From: a virus
Lineage: Duplodnaviria > Caudoviricetes
Length of the DNA: 64,000 nt
IMG/VR virus record: IMGVR_UViG_3300028833_000067
Location: 64,001 to 128,000 of that record
Direction: 5' to 3' (one strand)
Shown here: one piece after another, positions 59,550-64,000 of the stretch
How positions within the stretch are numbered: position 1 is the first letter of the stretch
Layout of the letters: each line of letters begins with the position of its first letter
Translations under genes and position numbers: made by a program
Notes under the pieces: model-generated
Told to the model about the DNA's origin: nothing
The model's database searches: none
What the model saw: only the letters and a program-made list of their open reading frames with translations

Positions 59550-60199
59550 ATGCGAGAGTATAAAAATATAAGTAGCTCAATAGAACCTAGTGAAATAGAG
59601 TTTACTCCCAATGCTGTTTACATAGCAAAAAATATTACTCCTTATGAAGAAAATTTAGGTGACCGTGTTATTAGTGGATACAAGTATGATTGTACAGAAT
59701 ATAGTAAAGATGAATATATGATTTATTAGAATGAAAAGATAAAATCATTAGAGGATGAATTAAAGGCCGCAAAAATCTTACTAGGAGTTGATTAATTATG
59801 ACATTATTAGACTTAGCAAGAAAACTTCGCCCTTTTATAGAGAAAGCGGCTATATCTTTATCTGATGAAGACGCGCTGGAGGCAGTTAATTTATTTCCTA
59901 ATTGGCATGAGGGTATAGCCTATGAAAAGGATGCCCGAGTAAAATATGAAGAAATATTATATAAATGCCTTCAAGCGCATACTTCATAGAGTGGGTGGAC
60001 TCCTATCGCCGCTCCAAGTTTATGGGCGAAAGTATTAATTCCTGATGAAAATGTTATTCCTGAATGGGAGTAGCCAGATAGTACTAATCCTTATATGAAA
60101 GGAGACAAAGTATTATTTAATAATATAGTATACGAAAGTACAATAGACAATAATATATGGTCACCCGCGGACTATCCGGGAGGATGGCACGCACTTTAA
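59550..60199 (+). CDS. Hypothetical protein 59550-59795 and carbohydrate-binding-module-like protein 59798-60199 (TAG=Gln)
   Basis: LYKCLQAHTS(TAG)SGWTP..SLW, WE(TAG)P..Y.KGDKV. Confidence 0.7.
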
Positions 60200-60254
60200 T
60201 ATTTGACAAATTATTATTCAATATGATATAATAAAAGAAAAAGGAGGTAATGGT

Positions 60255-60593
60255 ATGAACATTACTCAAATTTTACTTGGGATTATTATTTTAATTGGCG
60301 GTGCTATTAGTTTATTTGTAATTCCTTATCTTAAGGCGCATATGACAACAGAGTAGATTGGAATTTTAACTGGTATTGCACAAACTGTAGTATATGCCGC
60401 AGAAAAGATTTTTGGCGCGAAGATGGGCGCAGACAAATTAGCTTATGCTCTAAGAGTGGCTAAAGAATTACTTGCAAAAAAGGGATTATCTTTTGATGAA
60501 GATATAATTCGTGCAGCAATTGAAGCGCAAGTACAACAATTAACTTTAGAAAAAACTACTGTAGAGAATGCAATTGAGGCTAAGAAAGACTAA
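60255..60593 (+). CDS. LL-H-like holin (one TAG=Gln)
   Basis: N-terminal transmembrane segment, V.AAE..G..K, IRAAIEAQV. Preceded by TTGACA (60203)-17-TATAAT. Confidence 0.75.
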
Positions 60594-60874
60594 TGAAAGC
60601 TTCTGTAAAAACAGCTAATAAAGGCGCTTTAAATTTACGTGCTGCACCTTCCTCTTCTGCAAAAATACTTGCACAAATTCCTTATGGGACAGAATTGGAA
60701 GTTTCAACTCTATCGACAGAATGGGTTCCTGTTACTTATGAAAGTGGAACTGGATATGTAATGAGTAAATTTTTAAGTGAATTACAAGATTCAACAGCTA
60801 CAAAAGCTAGTTTAAAAAAAGTCTATGATGAGCTATCTATAGCTCTAAAAATGATAGAAGACATTTTAAAGTGA
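60593..60874 (+). CDS. Stand-alone SH3b-domain protein
   Basis: LNLRAAPS..IPYG..W..V.Y..GYVMSKFL. Confidence 0.8.
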   Translation: MKASVKTANKGALNLRAAPSSSAKILAQIPYGTELEVSTLSTEWVPVTYESGTGYVMSKFLSELQDSTATKASLKKVYDELSIALKMIEDILK

Positions 60875-61044
60875 GGTTACTTTAATGGAAGAACAACTAT
60901 TTGATGAAATTGGATGTTTTTATTGTTATGATAATAAGCATTAGAAAGAAAAGAAACCATTATGGTTTATGGATGCCGCAAATAATTTAAAAGTATGCGA
61001 TTATTGCCCTAAGTGCGGGCGAAAATATGGGGAGGTGCCAATGA

Positions 61045-62284
61045 ATGAATAGTTGGAATCAGCCATAGATGTAGAATAATATGACAATGGGACAAGCGCA
61101 ATTTAATCCATATAGTTCTTGGAACTTCCCTAATCCTTAGCCAAGAACTTTTAATTAGCCTTTACCTACTTATCGCGCTGACCCAATTCATGGAGAAAAT
61201 GCCGCGTGGCAATTTCCTATGGGGCCGAATAGTGAGATTTATTTACCAGATAGCGATAAGGATATCATTTGGTGGATTAGAACTGATCAAAATAATAATA
61301 GATCAGTAATGCCTTTTGATGTTAAACCGCATCAAGAGCCAGCTCCTGTTGATACTAATGATTTAGCCGCAAGGTTAGCAGCTGTGGAGGAATGGATAAA
61401 TGGCAAGTAGAATAAGTCAAATGCGAAACGGAATGCAGCAAATGCCGCAGAACAACAATCTGCAAGTGGAAGCAACGCGTAATTTAATGCAGTAGCTAAA
61501 AACCGCAACTAATTAGCAAGCAATGTTAAATTAGATTTTACAAGGAAATCCAGCAATTGCAAATTTAGTACGTAGCGGCGGAAGTTTAGAGGCATATGCA
61601 AGATAGATGGCCGCAAGCAAAGGTATAGATATTAATTGGTTATTAAAACAATTGCAAGGAGGAATGTAATATGAATACTATTATTTTTAATAATGAAAAC
61701 AGTTTTCAAGTAGAAAGTTATAGTAAGACCACAAATTTTGATGGTGTTAATATATATAGCAATGCTACTGCAACATTATTAGGTTATGGAACAGATGTAA
61801 ATGCTTTAAACGGTATGCTAAATTAGACTATTACTTCTATTAAAATTGTTTCTAATGGTAATACAATTTATGAAATCACTGATCTTAATGCTGAAATTAA
61901 CTCCATTACTGAGTATCTTAGCGGTGATCATATGAGTATCAATTTAAATATGATATTTAAGTGAGGTAATGATATATGAAAATCATTTCCGAGATTTGTG
62001 ATAAAATTGAATGTGAACTTAAATAGGCAGAAAAATATATAGATTGCGCTATTTACGTACAATAGGATTATCCTTAGTTAGCAGAAATTTATTATAAATT
62101 AAGCGATTAGCGCATGAAAGATTAGAGTATGCTACATGACTAGGTTGTAGCTATAATAAATGAATATAAAAAATCTAATGGTGAGCCACCTGAAACTATG
62201 AAATTTCTTTATGAATACCTTCATAAAAAATTTATTGACTGGGCTGCATAGATTAAAATTAAACAAAATTTATATAAGACCTAA
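61045..62284 (+). CDS. Hypothetical cluster: 61045-61482 and 61400-61669 (Gln/Asn-rich), 61671-61964, 61976-62284 (helical), TAG=Gln
   Basis: Frames are open to TAA/TGA only with readthrough, and the TAGs fall within Gln-rich stretches. Confidence 0.65.
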
Positions 62285-62321
62285 TATTTGACAATGAGAA
62301 ATAGAATATGTTATAATAATA

Positions 62322-62407
62322 AGGTGGTATTGAACTGCAGCTTCGCGCCAGTTTTATACTGCAACAATGAGGGGCCACCTTTTGATAAGGGCCCCTTATT
62401 TTTTTTA
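62322..62407 (+). ncRNA. Candidate small structured RNA or leader
   Basis: TTGACA (62288)-17-TATAAT, then AAGGTGG/CCACCTT, ATTG/CAAT and TGCAG/CTGCA stems, then an ATAAGGGG/CCCCTTAT inverted repeat with a T-tract. Confidence 0.4.
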
Positions 62408-62421
62408 TGGAGGTGAGGTAA

Positions 62422-64000
62422 GTGACAGCAGGTAATTTCAACTTAACCTCTTATTATGCTAAAAGGATTATAGGTGATACGGCCGCGGCGAGTTAGAGTA
62501 GTGCGCTATTGTAGACTGGAACAAATATTGCAACAGATACATGGATCTTACATAGAACGAATAGGAGTGAGTTGTATGGTATAAAGTATTATTATGATAC
62601 AACTGAAACTGATAATGTAAATAATGGACATGATAGGATTGAATTGTATGGCGGGTAGCAAGATGATCAAGAACATTATATATCAAGTATTTGGGCATAG
62701 TTAGATACTGGTGATACTTATATATTAGGAAAAGTTGGGATTGGATATGATCCAACTACTGACGGAAATACATATAAATTGTATGTAAATGGTAATTCTT
62801 ATTTTACTGACCATATGTATATAGGAAGAAATGATAGCGCACATATATATTTAATAAATAAAAATTGGACTAAAGGAACGAATCCTAGTTCATAGACATA
62901 TTCTGCTATAGAATATAATGATGTAAATAATAGTCGTGTTGCTTTATTAGAGACTACTTTAGATATATCTGGAAATAGTCGTTTTAATATTTATTTAGTT
63001 CCAAATGTCGAAAATAGTACAAGTTGGAGCGGTATTGTTTTATAGAAAACAAATGATAATGTTTTGACTGTAAATATTGCAGGAACTACAACTGTTAGTG
63101 GAACTATACATGCTAATGGTGGTTATTTAAAATCTACTTTAAATAGTAATACTGTATAGATTGGTTCGCAAAATTCTAGTTTTTGTCATATTACTAATAG
63201 TGCAAATATTCCTTTTTGGTTTAATAAAACTATATAGATAGATGGTAATTTAGTATTATATCAGAAAAATACATCATTAGAACCAGGATATTTGCATCTG
63301 GGTGGAACTACTGATGCAACTATGACTTCCGCTTCAACTAATCCTAGAATTTGCTTTTCAGAGGGCGCGAGCGCCCAACCTGTATACTTGATATATACGG
63401 ATGCGGATTCCTATCGTGCCCCGGCTGGATTAAAAGTGATTGGAGGGACAAGCGCTACTCCTGCTTGGTTTGAAGTTGAAGGAGATATACATGCTGGAGG
63501 AAACTTAATATTCGCAAATAGTGGTACGGCTTTCCGCGGTATCAATTATGGAACTATGGGTGACAATGATCAATGGCGTATAGGTGGGGCAGCAACTGCA
63601 TCTAATGCTGGATATATGGAATTAGCAACTGCTGACGATGGAAATGAACCTATATATGTTAGACAATACACAGGAGTATTTACTACTTTAAAAAGAACAT
63701 TGACATTATTAGATGCTAATGGGAATACAACTTTTCCTGGTAGTTTATATTTAAACAATCGAGGCACAAATATAATTTATAATGGCCCGAATGATGCCGT
63801 AAATGGTGTTGGTGGCGCATTAAATAATTTAGTATTTAGTTCTTGGTATGGTGTATCATTCACTACATCTTGTACTGGACAAACTTATACAGGTACCAAT
63901 GCTGTGTCTATTAACTGCAGAAATGGTAATGTATATGCAGCACATTTTAATGGCCCACTTACAGGTAATGTAACAGGAAATTGTAGTGGTTCTTCGGGCA
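62422..64000 (+). CDS. Tail-fibre-like protein (runs off window; TAG=Gln)
   Basis: GGAGGTGAGG RBS with GTG start. Gly/Asn/Thr-rich beta repeats and GNVTGN. Confidence 0.7.

Noticed and set aside
62322-62382. Twister or HDV-like (theta) ribozyme
   Set aside because: There is a GAGGG before the closing stem, but the conserved cleavage-site loop and pseudoknot pairings could not be assigned.
36631-64000. Pseudogenes or a degraded prophage
   Set aside because: Interruptions are exclusively TAG, frames never shift, and catalytic motifs are intact.
1-64000. Suppressor tRNA-CUA or other tRNAs
   Set aside because: No cloverleaf with a T-loop GTTCRA was recognised by eye; tRNAscan-SE or ARAGORN is needed.

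Overview
64-kb fragment of a large tailed phage of Bacillota (Clostridia-like host inferred from sigma-A promoters, strong Shine-Dalgarno sites, DnaA boxes and a SpoIID-like gene). No rRNA, tRNA, CRISPR or integrase is recognisable. Two main features. (1) Amber recoding. The packaging operon (1-3356, minus strand), an SF2 helicase, two nucleases and the tail/lysis block (about 37.8-64 kb) are open only if TAG is read as Gln, and several TAGs sit at family-invariant Gln positions. The supplied ORF track therefore fragments them; for example, one 3192-aa protein spans 45844-55422. (2) A 22-kb array (4.8-26.9 kb) of about 40 self-contained expression cassettes. Nearly every cassette has a 19-bp palindrome TTRGATGT-N3-ACATCYAA, usually 8-9 bp before a sigma-A promoter, then a conserved 5' leader hairpin, 1-5 small ORFs or a structured non-coding RNA, and a hairpin with the stop codon often in its loop. 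I found no in-frame TAG in the array genes, and one of them uses TAG as a real stop. The array includes two paralogous covarying ~295-nt RNAs, an AAA+/VWA pair and three wHTH genes whose promoters lack the palindrome. It is bounded by an 8-DnaA-box cluster on the left and a palindrome-rich non-coding kilobase on the right. All coordinates and counts were read by eye and may be off by a few bases.
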